64,000 nt of DNA from Limisphaerales bacterium (lineage in GTDB: Bacteria; Verrucomicrobiota; Verrucomicrobiia; Limisphaerales; UBA11358): positions 3,944-67,943 of the forward strand of contig PLAY01000152.1 in assembly GCA_003134375.1 (NCBI GenBank), read 5' to 3'. The notes under the pieces were generated by a model that was not told the DNA's origin, did not search any database, and worked only from the letters and a program-made list of their open reading frames with translations. Positions 37,575 through 46,536 of this stretch are shown here, one piece after another. The translations under genes were made by a program, and so were the position numbers. Numbering within the stretch: position 1 is the first letter of the stretch; every line of letters begins with the position of its first letter.

Positions 37575-39056
37575 ATGAAACCGCAGATTTTGTCCAAAAT
37601 GGGCCAGCGTACCACCGAGCCGCCCATCTCGTGGCTCATGCACGCGGCGTTGTCGCGGCCCAAACTGATTTCGCTCGCTGCCGGCTTCACCGACAGCGCC
37701 TCATTGCCCGTCGCCGAGGCGCGCGCCGCGTTGAACCAGGTTTTGCGCTCACCCAAAACCGGCCAGCCCGCCTTGCAATACGGCATCACGGCTGGTGACA
37801 CAACCTTGCGCCAGCTCACCGCACGCCATTTGCAAAAACTGGACTTGCAAGCCGCGTCCCGGCTCGGGGTGATGAAGTGTTGGAGTGATGGAGCAATGAA
37901 CCCAACACCACACCACTCCAATACTCCGATACTCCATCCCGAAACATATTCATCCAAACGGCTGCTCATCACCAGCGGTTCGCAGCAATTGCTTTACCTG
38001 ACCGCCGAGGCGTTGTGCAACGAAGGCGACATCGTGCTGGTGGAAGACCCGACCTATTTTGTTTTTCTGGGCATCCTGCAAAGCCGTGGCCTGCGCGCGC
38101 GCGCCGTGCGCCTCGAGCGCGACGGCCTCGACCTCGCGCACCTGGAACGCGTTTTGCAATCGCTCCGGCGCAACGGCGCATTGCGCCGCGTTAAATTGTT
38201 TTACCTGGTCAGCTATTTCCAAAATCCGACCGGCGTCACGACCGGCTTCCAGAAAAAGTGCGGACTCTTGAAGCTGTTGAAAAAGTTCGAGCGCGCGGCC
38301 GGGCATCCGATTTACCTGTTCGAAGACGCGGCCTATCGCGAGTTGTGTTTTCAGAAGGATAACCAGGCGCAATCTTCAGGTTCAACTCCCTCGCCCCGCC
38401 CAAGCGGGGAGAGGGCCGGGGCGAGGGGTTTGGGGCTTGAAAACCATTGGGCTCCTCACCCCGCCCCTCTCCTCGTTTGGCGAGGAGAGGGAGAAGTAAA
38501 ATCCGCGCTCGCTGTGCCTGGTGCGGTGGATCGTGTAATTTACGCGGGCACCTTCAGCAAGCCGTTCGCGACCGGCGTGCGCGTGGGCTATGGCATTTTG
38601 CCCGAGCCGCTGTTCACGGCGGTGAAGCACATCAAGGGCAACCACGATTTTGGCACGTCCAGCCTGCTGCAACACCTCGTCGCCCGCGTACTGGCGTCGG
38701 GAATTTACGGGCGGCATGTCGCGCGGCTGCAAAAACGCTACGCGCACAAGGCGCGCGTGATGAAGCTGGCGATTAAGAAACATTTCCCGCCGGCCGTCGA
38801 ATGGTGGGAACCGGAGGGCGGACTGTATTTCTGGGTGCGGCTGCCGCGCAACGTTCCGACGGGTGTGAAATCAAAAGTTTTTTCGACCGCGCTGAAAAAC
38901 GACGTGCTCTACGTGCCCGGCGAAATTTGCTATGCTGACGACCCGGCGCGGCGCAAACCAAATCACGAAATGCGCATCAGCTTCGGCAACGCGAGCGAGG
39001 CCGACATTCGCGAGGGCATCAAGCGGCTCGGCAAGGTGTTGCGGAAGTTGATTTAA
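37575..39056 (+). CDS. PLP-dependent aminotransferase, class I/II (2-aminoadipate/MocR-type catalytic domain, no HTH)
   Basis: Contains PISWLM...ISLAAGFTD, LITSGSQQLLYL, EDPTYF, YLVSYFQNPTG, and YAGTFSKPFATGVRVGY (PLP lysine). 493 aa, because two repeat-encoded inserts are included. Confidence 0.8.
   Translation: MKPQILSKMGQRTTEPPISWLMHAALSRPKLISLAAGFTDSASLPVAEARAALNQVLRSPKTGQPALQYGITAGDTTLRQLTARHLQKLDLQAASRLGVMKCWSDGAMNPTPHHSNTPILHPETYSSKRLLITSGSQQLLYLTAEALCNEGDIVLVEDPTYFVFLGILQSRGLRARAVRLERDGLDLAHLERVLQSLRRNGALRRVKLFYLVSYFQNPTGVTTGFQKKCGLLKLLKKFERAAGHPIYLFEDAAYRELCFQKDNQAQSSGSTPSPRPSGERAGARGLGLENHWAPHPAPLLVWRGEGEVKSALAVPGAVDRVIYAGTFSKPFATGVRVGYGILPEPLFTAVKHIKGNHDFGTSSLLQHLVARVLASGIYGRHVARLQKRYAHKARVMKLAIKKHFPPAVEWWEPEGGLYFWVRLPRNVPTGVKSKVFSTALKNDVLYVPGEICYADDPARRKPNHEMRISFGNASEADIREGIKRLGKVLRKLI
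37866..37941. repeat. imperfect palindromic ggagtRRtgg-type element in-frame inside the aminotransferase gene
   Basis: The sequence is gggtgatgaagtgttggagtgatggagcaatgaacccaacaccacaccactccaatactccgatactccatccc. The left ggagtgatggag units face the right ctccaatactcc/ctccgatactcc units. It encodes GVMKCWSDGAMNPTPHHSNTPILHP. Confidence 0.6.
38384..38497. repeat. two GC-rich palindromic units in-frame inside the aminotransferase gene
   Basis: ccctcgccccg...cggggcgaggg (38387-38427) and cctctcctcg-tttgg-cgaggagagg (38466-38490). They encode STPSPRPSGERAGARGLGLENHWAPHPAPLLVWRGEGE. A related unit is intergenic at 39470-39523. Confidence 0.65.
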
Positions 39057-39065
39057 AATCACAAA

Positions 39066-39410
39066 TCACCCCGGCGGCCACGCCATGCGGCGGCCGCCGA
39101 GAATGTGAACGTGCAGGTGCGGCACGCTCTCCCCGCCATCCTCGCCGTTGTTGATGACCAGCCGGTAGCCGTCTTCGTTTAACCCCAGTTTGCCGGCAAT
39201 TTCGGCGGCTTTGAGCAGGAGATGCCCGAGCAGTGGCTGGTCTTCCGCCTTGGCGTCGGCCAGGCGCGGAATGACTTTTTTGGGAATGACCAAAACATGC
39301 TTCGGCGCTTGGGGATCGATGTCGCGAATCGCGAACACCAGATCGTCTTCGAAAATAATGGTCGCGGGAATTTCCCGCGCGATGATTTTTTCAAACAGTG
39401 TTTTGCTCAT
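39066..39410 (-). CDS. hinT: HIT family protein (histidine triad nucleotide-binding)
   Basis: 114 aa. Contains IFEKIIAREIPA and HLHVHILGG. Confidence 0.9.
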   Translation of the reverse strand: MSKTLFEKIIAREIPATIIFEDDLVFAIRDIDPQAPKHVLVIPKKVIPRLADAKAEDQPLLGHLLLKAAEIAGKLGLNEDGYRLVINNGEDGGESVPHLHVHILGGRRMAWPPG

Positions 39411-39469
39411 GGTTCAAGTTAGACACGAATTGCGCTAATTTTCACGAATTCATTTTCGACAGATTCAAA

Positions 39470-39523
39470 CCCCTCACCCGGCCTTCGGCCACCCTCTCCC
39501 CGCCTGGCGGGGAGAGGGGCGCG
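39470..39523. repeat. intergenic GC-rich palindromic element of the same family as 38384-38497
   Basis: cccctcacccggccttcggccaccctctcccc-gcctggc-ggggagaggggcgcg. It is preceded by a cacgaatt...cacgaatt direct repeat at 39424-39450. Confidence 0.6.
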
Positions 39524-39583
39524 TTTATTAAATTTTTTTGCCTGACTGACTGCGGACGCCGCAACGCGTTTTCCCGCTCAAAT

Positions 39584-40141
39584 TTATTCCACCACCAACG
39601 AGCATTCGGACTGCTCCGGTTCGGCGGTAAGGCAGCGGCGGAGGTATTCGACGATGTGGTCCTGCAATTTTTCGCAACGGACACTCCAGCGTCGCGCGCC
39701 GGTGAGCTGCTTGACGCAGCCGCGCAGTCCGCAAAAGCGCAAAACGCGCGGCGACTGGCGGAGTTGGGCGCGCAGTTCGTCGCGCAGCCGCGGGAAAAAG
39801 AAAAGTTCGAGGCTGTCGGCGGATTCGCGCGCGAACAGGCAAAGGTCGGTTTCGACAATTTCCCGCGAGCGGCTTTCCAGCACGCCGCCGCGGAAGACAA
39901 AGCCGAGCTGGCGCAGAACTTTTTCCAAGGCGCCGGCGAATTCGCCAATGGTGACCGTTTCGCGTTCCAGTTCGTTTTTGAAATAGTGGAAGACGGACGC
40001 AGTGGCGTGGCTCAACACTTCCGGGTCGAGCAAACTCTCGGCGTTGCCGGTGAGTTCCACGGAAATCATTTCCACCGAGCACGGGACGCTTTCGCCGCTG
40101 GATAGTTGGAAGAGCAGGCAATCGGATTGGAGCGCGATCAT
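39584..40141 (-). CDS. hypothetical protein, translationally coupled to nrdR
   Basis: 185 aa. Its ATG at 40141 overlaps the nrdR stop (ATGA). It has a Cys-containing C-terminal part. No family recognised. Confidence 0.5.
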   Translation of the reverse strand: MIALQSDCLLFQLSSGESVPCSVEMISVELTGNAESLLDPEVLSHATASVFHYFKNELERETVTIGEFAGALEKVLRQLGFVFRGGVLESRSREIVETDLCLFARESADSLELFFFPRLRDELRAQLRQSPRVLRFCGLRGCVKQLTGARRWSVRCEKLQDHIVEYLRRCLTAEPEQSECSLVVE

Positions 40142-40593
40142 TGCTTGGCCTCCAGTTTTTTGACTTCGTGAACGAAGTCGGTGGCTTCCTGAAACCGGCG
40201 ATAGACACTGGCAAAACGCACGTAGGCGACTTCATCAATGTCGCGCAATCCATCCACAACCATTTTGCCGATGAACTCGGCGGGCACTTCGCCCTCGAAT
40301 TTGCCGGTCACGGCGGCGACGATGTGGTCCACCAAATCTTCCATGATTTGCGGACTGACGGGGCGCTTCTGACAGGCTTTTTTGATGCCGGATAAAAGTT
40401 TTTCGCGTGTAAATTCCTCATGCCGCCCATCGCGTTTGAGTACCATCAAGCCCTCACGTTCGACCTCCTCGTAGGTGGTGAAACGATGGTTGCACTTGGA
40501 ACACTCGCGGCGGCGGCGAATCGTGGCCCCCTCGCGCGAGGCGCGCGAGTCAATGACCTTGTCTTCCTGACAGCCGCACTTGGGGCAACGCAT
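40138..40593 (-). CDS. nrdR: transcriptional repressor NrdR
   Basis: Start at ATG 40593. Zinc ribbon MRCPKCGCQEDKVIDSR...CSKCNHRFTTYE, followed by an ATP-cone. Confidence 0.92.
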   Translation of the reverse strand: MRCPKCGCQEDKVIDSRASREGATIRRRRECSKCNHRFTTYEEVEREGLMVLKRDGRHEEFTREKLLSGIKKACQKRPVSPQIMEDLVDHIVAAVTGKFEGEVPAEFIGKMVVDGLRDIDEVAYVRFASVYRRFQEATDFVHEVKKLEAKQ

Positions 40594-40794
40594 AAATCCA
40601 CTGCTAATGGTGGTAACACGTTTGTAACATACCAAATTTTGTGGTGTCAAGGCGGAGTTGTTGGATAAATGCCGATTGTTAATAACTTGTTTTAACCGAT
40701 CTGCCCCAAAACCGCGCTTGCATTCGCTCGATTTTCAGTTAGTTTATGCGGCTCCCGTCTCTTGGGAAGAGACTCAATTTTAATTATTTGATTT

Positions 40795-41352
40795 ATGGCA
40801 ACAGCAAACGATCTGCGCCGTGGCATGGCGATCAGTTATAACGGCGACATTTGCGTGGTATTGGACATGCAGCACCGCACGCCGGGCAACCTGCGCGCGT
40901 TTGTGCAGGCGACACTCCGCAGCATCCGCTCCGGCAAGTCCTCCGATGTGCGGTTCAGCTCCACCGAAAAAATCGAGCCGGTGCCGATGATCACCAAAAA
41001 AATGGAATACAGCTACAAGGACGGCGCGGACTACGTTTTCACCGACTCGGACACCTACGAAACGGTCACGCTCGCGGGGGAACTGGTCGGCGGCGCAAAA
41101 AATTATCTCGTGGAGAACGCCTCGATTACCGTGACGTTTGTCGAGGAAAAGGCCGTGTCCATCGAATTGCCGTCGAGCGCGGTGTTGACGGTGTCGGACG
41201 CGCCGGAAGGCATTCGCGGTGATTCGTCGAACAATGTGCAAAAGCCGGTGACACTCGAAACGGGCATCACCGTGCAAGTGCCCCTGTTCATCAAGACGGG
41301 TGAGAAAATCAAAGTGGACACCCGTACCGGCAAATACATGGAACGCGCCTGA
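40795..41352 (+). CDS. efp: elongation factor P
   Basis: 185 aa with a three-domain EF-P pattern (MATANDLRRGMAISYNGDICVV...). The loop reads RTPGNLRAF. Confidence 0.92.
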   Translation: MATANDLRRGMAISYNGDICVVLDMQHRTPGNLRAFVQATLRSIRSGKSSDVRFSSTEKIEPVPMITKKMEYSYKDGADYVFTDSDTYETVTLAGELVGGAKNYLVENASITVTFVEEKAVSIELPSSAVLTVSDAPEGIRGDSSNNVQKPVTLETGITVQVPLFIKTGEKIKVDTRTGKYMERA

Positions 41353-41461
41353 GGCGAATAAGAATTCAAAATACTGAATGAAAGACCCGCCTGGCGCGGG
41401 TTTTTCCATTTTGCAGCGGGAATTGCTTTTCAAGCCGGACGATTTCGGTTATTTTTCCCGC

Positions 41462-43240
41462 ATGGCCGAGCGGCTCCAAAAAGGAGAGAAGATTCTTCGG
41501 GGCATTGCCGTCTCCGACGGTGTTTGTCGCGGAAAAATCCTCGTGCTTCATCGCACCCACCACATCATCGCCCGGCGTGAAGTTTCAACTGGCGAAGTGG
41601 CCGGGGAAACCGACCGTTTTGAAAAGTCACTCGTCCAGACCCGGCAGCAAATTCTGGAGGTGCAGCGCAAGGTCGTGGAAAATCTGGGCGCGAAGGAGGC
41701 GGACATTTTCGAAGCGCATTTGCTGATGCTCGAGGACAATGCCTTGGTGGGCGAAGTCATCCGCCTGATTAAAGAAGAGAAGGTCAACGCCGAATTCGCC
41801 TTTCATACCGTCGCCGAGCGTTACTCCGAGGCGCTCCTCGCGGCCAACGATGAATATCTCCGCGAGCGCGCTGCCGACATGCGCGACCTGACCTCGCGCG
41901 TGCTGGACAATCTGCTCGAGGTGAAGGACGCCTTTGACCTGCATCACCTCACCGAACCGTGCATTCTGGTCAGCCACGACCTCAGCCCGTCCACCACCGC
42001 GCAGTTGGACAAAAAATTCGTGCTCGGCTTTGCCACGGACATCGGCGGCAAAACGTCGCACACCGCCATCATGGCGCGGTCACTGGGCATTCCCGCCATC
42101 GTTGGTTTACAAACCGTCAGCCAGGAACTGGACAGCGGCGACTACGCGCTGCTCGATGGCTACAACGGCGCGATGGTCATCAATCCCACCGATCAAACGC
42201 TTTTTGAATACGGCCAGCTTTTGCAGCGCAAGGCTTCCCTCGAAGAAAAGCTTCATGAAATCCAGCAGCAACCCGCTGTCACGCTTGACGGCAAATCCAT
42301 TCGTTTGTCCGCGAACATCGAGGACGCGGCGGACATCGAATCCGTGCTGGCGCACGGCGCGGAGGGCGTCGGCTTGTTCCGCACGGAATATTTATTCATC
42401 AATCGCGACCGTTTGCCGACGGAGGAGGAGCAGTATCAGGCGTATCGCAAGGCGGCGACGGCGTTGAAACCGCAATCGGTCATCATCCGCACACTCGATC
42501 TGGGCGGCGACAAATTTGCCTCGCACCTGCAACTGGCGCAGGAGATGAATCCGTTTCTCGGCTGGCGGGCCATCCGGTTTTGCCTGGCGCAGCCCGAATT
42601 GTTCCGCACCCAGCTTCGCGCCATTCTCCGCGCCAGCGCCGAGGGCAACGTGAAGATGATGTATCCGATGATTTCCGGCCTGGACGAATTGAAGCAGGCC
42701 AATGCCCTCGTCGAAAAATGCAAGGCCGAATTGCGCGCTGAAAACGTGCCGTTCAACGACAAAATGGAAATCGGGGTGATGATTGAGATTCCGTCCGCCG
42801 CGCTGATTGCCGACTCGCTCGCTGTGCAATCAAAGTTTTTCAGCATCGGCAGCAACGACCTCATCCAATACACGCTGGCCGCCGACCGCACGAACGAAAA
42901 AGTTTCGCACCTTTACGAGCCAACGCACCCGGCCATCATCCGCTTGATCAAACTGACCGTTGACGCCGCCCACCGGCGCGGCATCAAAGCCAACGTCTGC
43001 GGCGAAATCGCGGGCGACCCGGTGCTGGCGCCGCTGTTGATCGGCCTTGGCGTGGACGAATTGAGCACCGCCCCGACGGTTGTCGCGCAGGTCAAATACA
43101 TGATTCGCCGGCTCAAATTGACCGAAGCCCAGGCGCTCGCCAACTTCGCGCTGCAATGCGAATCGCCATCGGAAATCTACGCGCGTTGCCAGACTCTCGC
43201 GCGCGAAGCCGCGCCGAGCCTTTTCGAAAATAAAACGTGA
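41462..43240 (+). CDS. ptsI: phosphoenolpyruvate--protein phosphotransferase (PTS enzyme I)
   Basis: Start at ATG 41462 (MAERLQKGEKILRGIAVSDG). Active-site region GGKTSHTAIMARSLGIPAIVG. PEP-utilising C-terminal domain (FFSIGSNDLIQYTLA). Confidence 0.88.
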   Translation: MAERLQKGEKILRGIAVSDGVCRGKILVLHRTHHIIARREVSTGEVAGETDRFEKSLVQTRQQILEVQRKVVENLGAKEADIFEAHLLMLEDNALVGEVIRLIKEEKVNAEFAFHTVAERYSEALLAANDEYLRERAADMRDLTSRVLDNLLEVKDAFDLHHLTEPCILVSHDLSPSTTAQLDKKFVLGFATDIGGKTSHTAIMARSLGIPAIVGLQTVSQELDSGDYALLDGYNGAMVINPTDQTLFEYGQLLQRKASLEEKLHEIQQQPAVTLDGKSIRLSANIEDAADIESVLAHGAEGVGLFRTEYLFINRDRLPTEEEQYQAYRKAATALKPQSVIIRTLDLGGDKFASHLQLAQEMNPFLGWRAIRFCLAQPELFRTQLRAILRASAEGNVKMMYPMISGLDELKQANALVEKCKAELRAENVPFNDKMEIGVMIEIPSAALIADSLAVQSKFFSIGSNDLIQYTLAADRTNEKVSHLYEPTHPAIIRLIKLTVDAAHRRGIKANVCGEIAGDPVLAPLLIGLGVDELSTAPTVVAQVKYMIRRLKLTEAQALANFALQCESPSEIYARCQTLAREAAPSLFENKT

Positions 43241-43334
43241 ATCAACCACGAACGGTCTTCAGGGGAATATCCGGTTGGGGTGGAAAAGAATTTTTTCTTT
43301 AATTTGTGTCCCTTTGTGGTTATCTGTGTTCAAA

Positions 43335-43385
43335 ATGCAATTTATCATCCTTGCCGCCGGATACGCCAGCGTCCGGCTTGCCTGA
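43335..43385 (+). pseudogene. 5' fragment copy of the downstream nucleotidyltransferase gene (16 codons, then stop)
   Basis: ATG-caa-ttt-atcatccttgccgccggatacgcca... reads [16 protein letters not shown]. The 25 nt at 43344-43368 are identical to 44544-44568, and each ATG lies at the same offset from its repeat copy. Confidence 0.5.
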
Positions 43386-43395
43386 CATCAAAAAC

Positions 43396-44442
43396 GTGAA
43401 CTTCGATCCCAATCTTCATCCGCACCGCCGTTTTGATCCATTGAGCGGCGAATGGGTTCTCGTCTCCCCGCACCGCACCCAGCGCCCCTGGCAGGGCCAT
43501 CGCGAAAGCGACGCCACGCAAGGCCGCCCGGCCCACGATCCCAAGTGTTATCTCTGCCCCGGCAACCAGCGGTCGGGCGGCGCCGTGAATCCGCAATACC
43601 CCGGAACCTTTGTGTTTCCCAACGACTACGCCGCGCTGCTGCCTGACGTGCCGTTGACGGGTGACGCGCCCGGCAATCTGTTCCGTTGCGAACCGGTGCG
43701 CGGTGAGTGCCGGGTGATCTGCTTTTCCCCGCGCCATGATCTCACGCTGCCGGAAATGCCGGTGGAGGACATTCTGCGCGTGGTGGACGTTTGGGCAGAC
43801 CAGCTCAATGAACTCGGCGCGAAGTACCGATGGGTGCAAATCTTCGAAAACAAAGGCGCGGTCATGGGCTGCTCAAATCCGCACCCACACGGCCAGGTTT
43901 GGGCGGGCAATTTCCTGCCCCGGCTCGTGTCGCCGGAAGACAACTGCCAGAAGCAATACCTGGCCAAACACAACCGGCTGTTGTTGCTGGATTACGCCGA
44001 GGCGGAGTTGAAGCAACCAATACGGGGGATCGAATCCAATCCGCACTGGCTGATGGTGGTGCCGTATTGGGCCGTGTGGCCGTTTGAACTGCTGCTCATG
44101 CCGCGCCGGCACGTGCAGCGCCTGCCGGAACTGACAAACGAAGAGCGCCGGAGCCTGGCCGATATTTTAAAGCGGAGCCTGACCCGCTACGACAACCTGT
44201 TTGAAACGAGCTTTCCTTATTCGATGGGCTGGCATGGCGCGCCGACGGACGAAGGCGATTACGCGCACTGGCAGTTGCACGCGCATTTTTATCCGCCGTT
44301 GCTGCGCTCGGCCACGGTGAAAAAGTTCATGGTGGGCTACGAAATGCTCGCCGAGCCGCAGCGCGACCTCACGCCGGAGCAAGCCGCGAAGCGTCTGCAG
44401 GAAACACCAACCGTTCATTTCAAGGAACGGTCACCGGCATAA
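43396..44442 (+). CDS. galT: galactose-1-phosphate uridylyltransferase
   Basis: GTG start at 43396 gives 348 aa ([34 protein letters not shown], colinear with my recollection of the E. coli GalT N-terminus). Zn site CYLCPGN and active site HPHGQVWA. Confidence 0.88.
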   Translation: MNFDPNLHPHRRFDPLSGEWVLVSPHRTQRPWQGHRESDATQGRPAHDPKCYLCPGNQRSGGAVNPQYPGTFVFPNDYAALLPDVPLTGDAPGNLFRCEPVRGECRVICFSPRHDLTLPEMPVEDILRVVDVWADQLNELGAKYRWVQIFENKGAVMGCSNPHPHGQVWAGNFLPRLVSPEDNCQKQYLAKHNRLLLLDYAEAELKQPIRGIESNPHWLMVVPYWAVWPFELLLMPRRHVQRLPELTNEERRSLADILKRSLTRYDNLFETSFPYSMGWHGAPTDEGDYAHWQLHAHFYPPLLRSATVKKFMVGYEMLAEPQRDLTPEQAAKRLQETPTVHFKERSPA

Positions 44443-44534
44443 ATTTGGCCGCGCAGCGATAAACGGTGGTGCATTTTCAAGTATAACCCGAAAGAAGTTT
44501 TGTACATTGTTGAACGTTTGAACTGAATCAGATT

Positions 44535-45290
44535 ATGAAAGTCATCATCCTTGCCGCCGGATACGCCACGCGCCTATATCCGCTCACCCTCACGCAACCC
44601 AAGCCGCTCCTGCCCGTCGCGGGCAAGCCGATGGTCGAGCACGTGCTCGACAACCTCACGCCCGTCAGCGGCATTGACCGTGTCTATGTCGTTACCAACG
44701 CCAAGTTCGCCGGCCATTTCCAGAAATGGTCGGACCATTACCGCGCCACGAAATCCAAATTTGAATTCACCGTCGTCAACGACGGCTCCACCGACGACAC
44801 CAATAAACTCGGCGCCATCGGCGACATTCATTACGTCCTCAAAACGCAAAACGTGGAAGACGATCTCATCGTCGTGGCGGGGGACAATCTGTTTAGCGAG
44901 AAACTGGGTGATTTCGGGAAATTCTGTCGCGAGAAAAACGCGCCGGTGCTGGCGCTTTACGACGTGGGCAATCTTGAGGAAATCAAAAAATACAATTCCA
45001 TCTCCACCGACGCCGCCGGCCGCATCACCTTCTTCGAGGAAAAGCCGAAGAATCCAACCAGCACACTCACCGGCATCGCGCTTTATTTTTATCCGAAGAG
45101 CACGATTCCGCTCATCAAGCAATACATCGCCGGGGGCAACAATCCCGACCAGCCTGGCCGGCTGGTGCAATGGCTTTATCCGCGCACAGGAGTTTACACC
45201 TGGCGCGTGCCCGGCTTGTGGTTCGACATCGGCTCGAAGGAAACGCTGGAGGAAGCGAACCAAATTTTCGCGAAGTTTTCGGACAAATAA
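44535..45290 (+). CDS. sugar-phosphate nucleotidyltransferase
   Basis: [36 protein letters not shown] is the NTP_transferase N-terminal signature. 251 aa. Confidence 0.85.
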   Translation: MKVIILAAGYATRLYPLTLTQPKPLLPVAGKPMVEHVLDNLTPVSGIDRVYVVTNAKFAGHFQKWSDHYRATKSKFEFTVVNDGSTDDTNKLGAIGDIHYVLKTQNVEDDLIVVAGDNLFSEKLGDFGKFCREKNAPVLALYDVGNLEEIKKYNSISTDAAGRITFFEEKPKNPTSTLTGIALYFYPKSTIPLIKQYIAGGNNPDQPGRLVQWLYPRTGVYTWRVPGLWFDIGSKETLEEANQIFAKFSDK

Positions 45291-45354
45291 GATCCAGTTC
45301 GCGGTAAAAGTATTTCCCGCCGTTGGGTCTTGTGCTACAACCGAACGGTAGCCC

Positions 45355-46533
45355 ATGGATTTTTTTGACCAGGAAGCCCGCGCCCGGAAGCAGACCCGCC
45401 GGCTGATCTGGCTTTTGGGATTGGCGGTGCTCGGTGTCGTTGTTCTCACTTACCTGATTGTGCTTGCCTTTATTCTGGCTTTTCACTTTGCGCCGTTTTT
45501 ATTGTTCGGCGAAACGGTGGTTTATCCCGCCCATTTTCTGTCCTGGTTCTGGAAAGCAAAACTCTTTTGCTGGATTACGCTCGGCATGTTGACTTCCATC
45601 GCGCTCGGCTGCTGCTACAAAATCCGCCGGCTCTCGGCCGGTGGATCCGCTGTGGCGGAATTGCTCGGCGGCCGAAGGATTGAATCCAGCGCCTCCGACC
45701 TTGACGAAAAAAGACTGCGTGATGTGGTCGAGGAAATGGCCGTGGCCTCGGAGATGTCCGTGCCGGAAATTTATGTGCTCGACCTTGAGCGCGGCATCAA
45801 CTCGTTTGCCGCCGGCCGCACCCGTGAAGACGTGGTCATCGGCGTCACGTGCGGTTGCCTGAAGCTGCTGACCCGGGACGAATTGCAGGGCGTCATCGCT
45901 CATGAGTTCAGCCACATTTTGAACGGCGATACGCGGCTCAACATGCGATTGATGGCGCTGGCACATGGACTTTTCTGGCCGACGATTGTCGGGCGCGTGC
46001 TACTGCGCGGCTCGCCGCAACCGCCGGAAATCGGCGCGTCCATTTTCGACGAAGACACCAAGCCCACCGTCCTGCCGACTGCGCCCATCGGAATTTTATT
46101 TTTGATCATCGGCGGCATCAGCTCGCCGTTCGTGCGCCTGCTCAAGAGCCTGATTTGCCGCGAACGCGAGTGGCTGGCAGACGCGGCGGCGGTTCAGTTC
46201 ACGCGCAATCCGGCCGGCATCGCGGGCGCGCTCAAAAAAATCGGCGGGCTTTACAGGGCCGGTCGGCTCGACACGCCCTGCGCGGAAACCGCCAGCCATC
46301 TGTATTTCGTCAATTCCTCTCACGACCCGTGGTTCAGCTTCCAATCCACCCATCCGCCACTGGCAAAACGGATTCTGGCAATTGACCCGACCTTCGACGG
46401 CCAGTTCCCGCATATCAATTCCCTGCCCCGGCAAACCGATGGAATTTCGCAGGAGAAACAATACGATCGCCTTTACGAAGAAAGCGTCCAGCGCGCACGG
46501 GAGGAAGCCAAAGCCCGCGGAAAACTGGAATGA
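45355..46533 (+). CDS. M48 family (HtpX-like) membrane metallopeptidase
   Basis: N-terminal TM segments and HEFSHILNGD (HExxH). 392 aa. Confidence 0.85.
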   Translation: MDFFDQEARARKQTRRLIWLLGLAVLGVVVLTYLIVLAFILAFHFAPFLLFGETVVYPAHFLSWFWKAKLFCWITLGMLTSIALGCCYKIRRLSAGGSAVAELLGGRRIESSASDLDEKRLRDVVEEMAVASEMSVPEIYVLDLERGINSFAAGRTREDVVIGVTCGCLKLLTRDELQGVIAHEFSHILNGDTRLNMRLMALAHGLFWPTIVGRVLLRGSPQPPEIGASIFDEDTKPTVLPTAPIGILFLIIGGISSPFVRLLKSLICREREWLADAAAVQFTRNPAGIAGALKKIGGLYRAGRLDTPCAETASHLYFVNSSHDPWFSFQSTHPPLAKRILAIDPTFDGQFPHINSLPRQTDGISQEKQYDRLYEESVQRAREEAKARGKLE

Positions 46534-46536
46534 AAG

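Noticed and set aside
40651-40794. Possible promoter (ttgcat ... tagttt) and small hairpin (gtctctt-ggg-aagagac) upstream of efp
   Set aside because: The -10 match is poor and promoter consensus for this lineage is unknown to me. The hairpin is short. Not supportable from sequence alone.
44551-45351. 266-aa alternative-frame ORF within the nucleotidyltransferase gene
   Set aside because: It is a Pro/Ser/Arg/Thr-rich overlapping frame. The 44535 frame carries the NTP_transferase signature.
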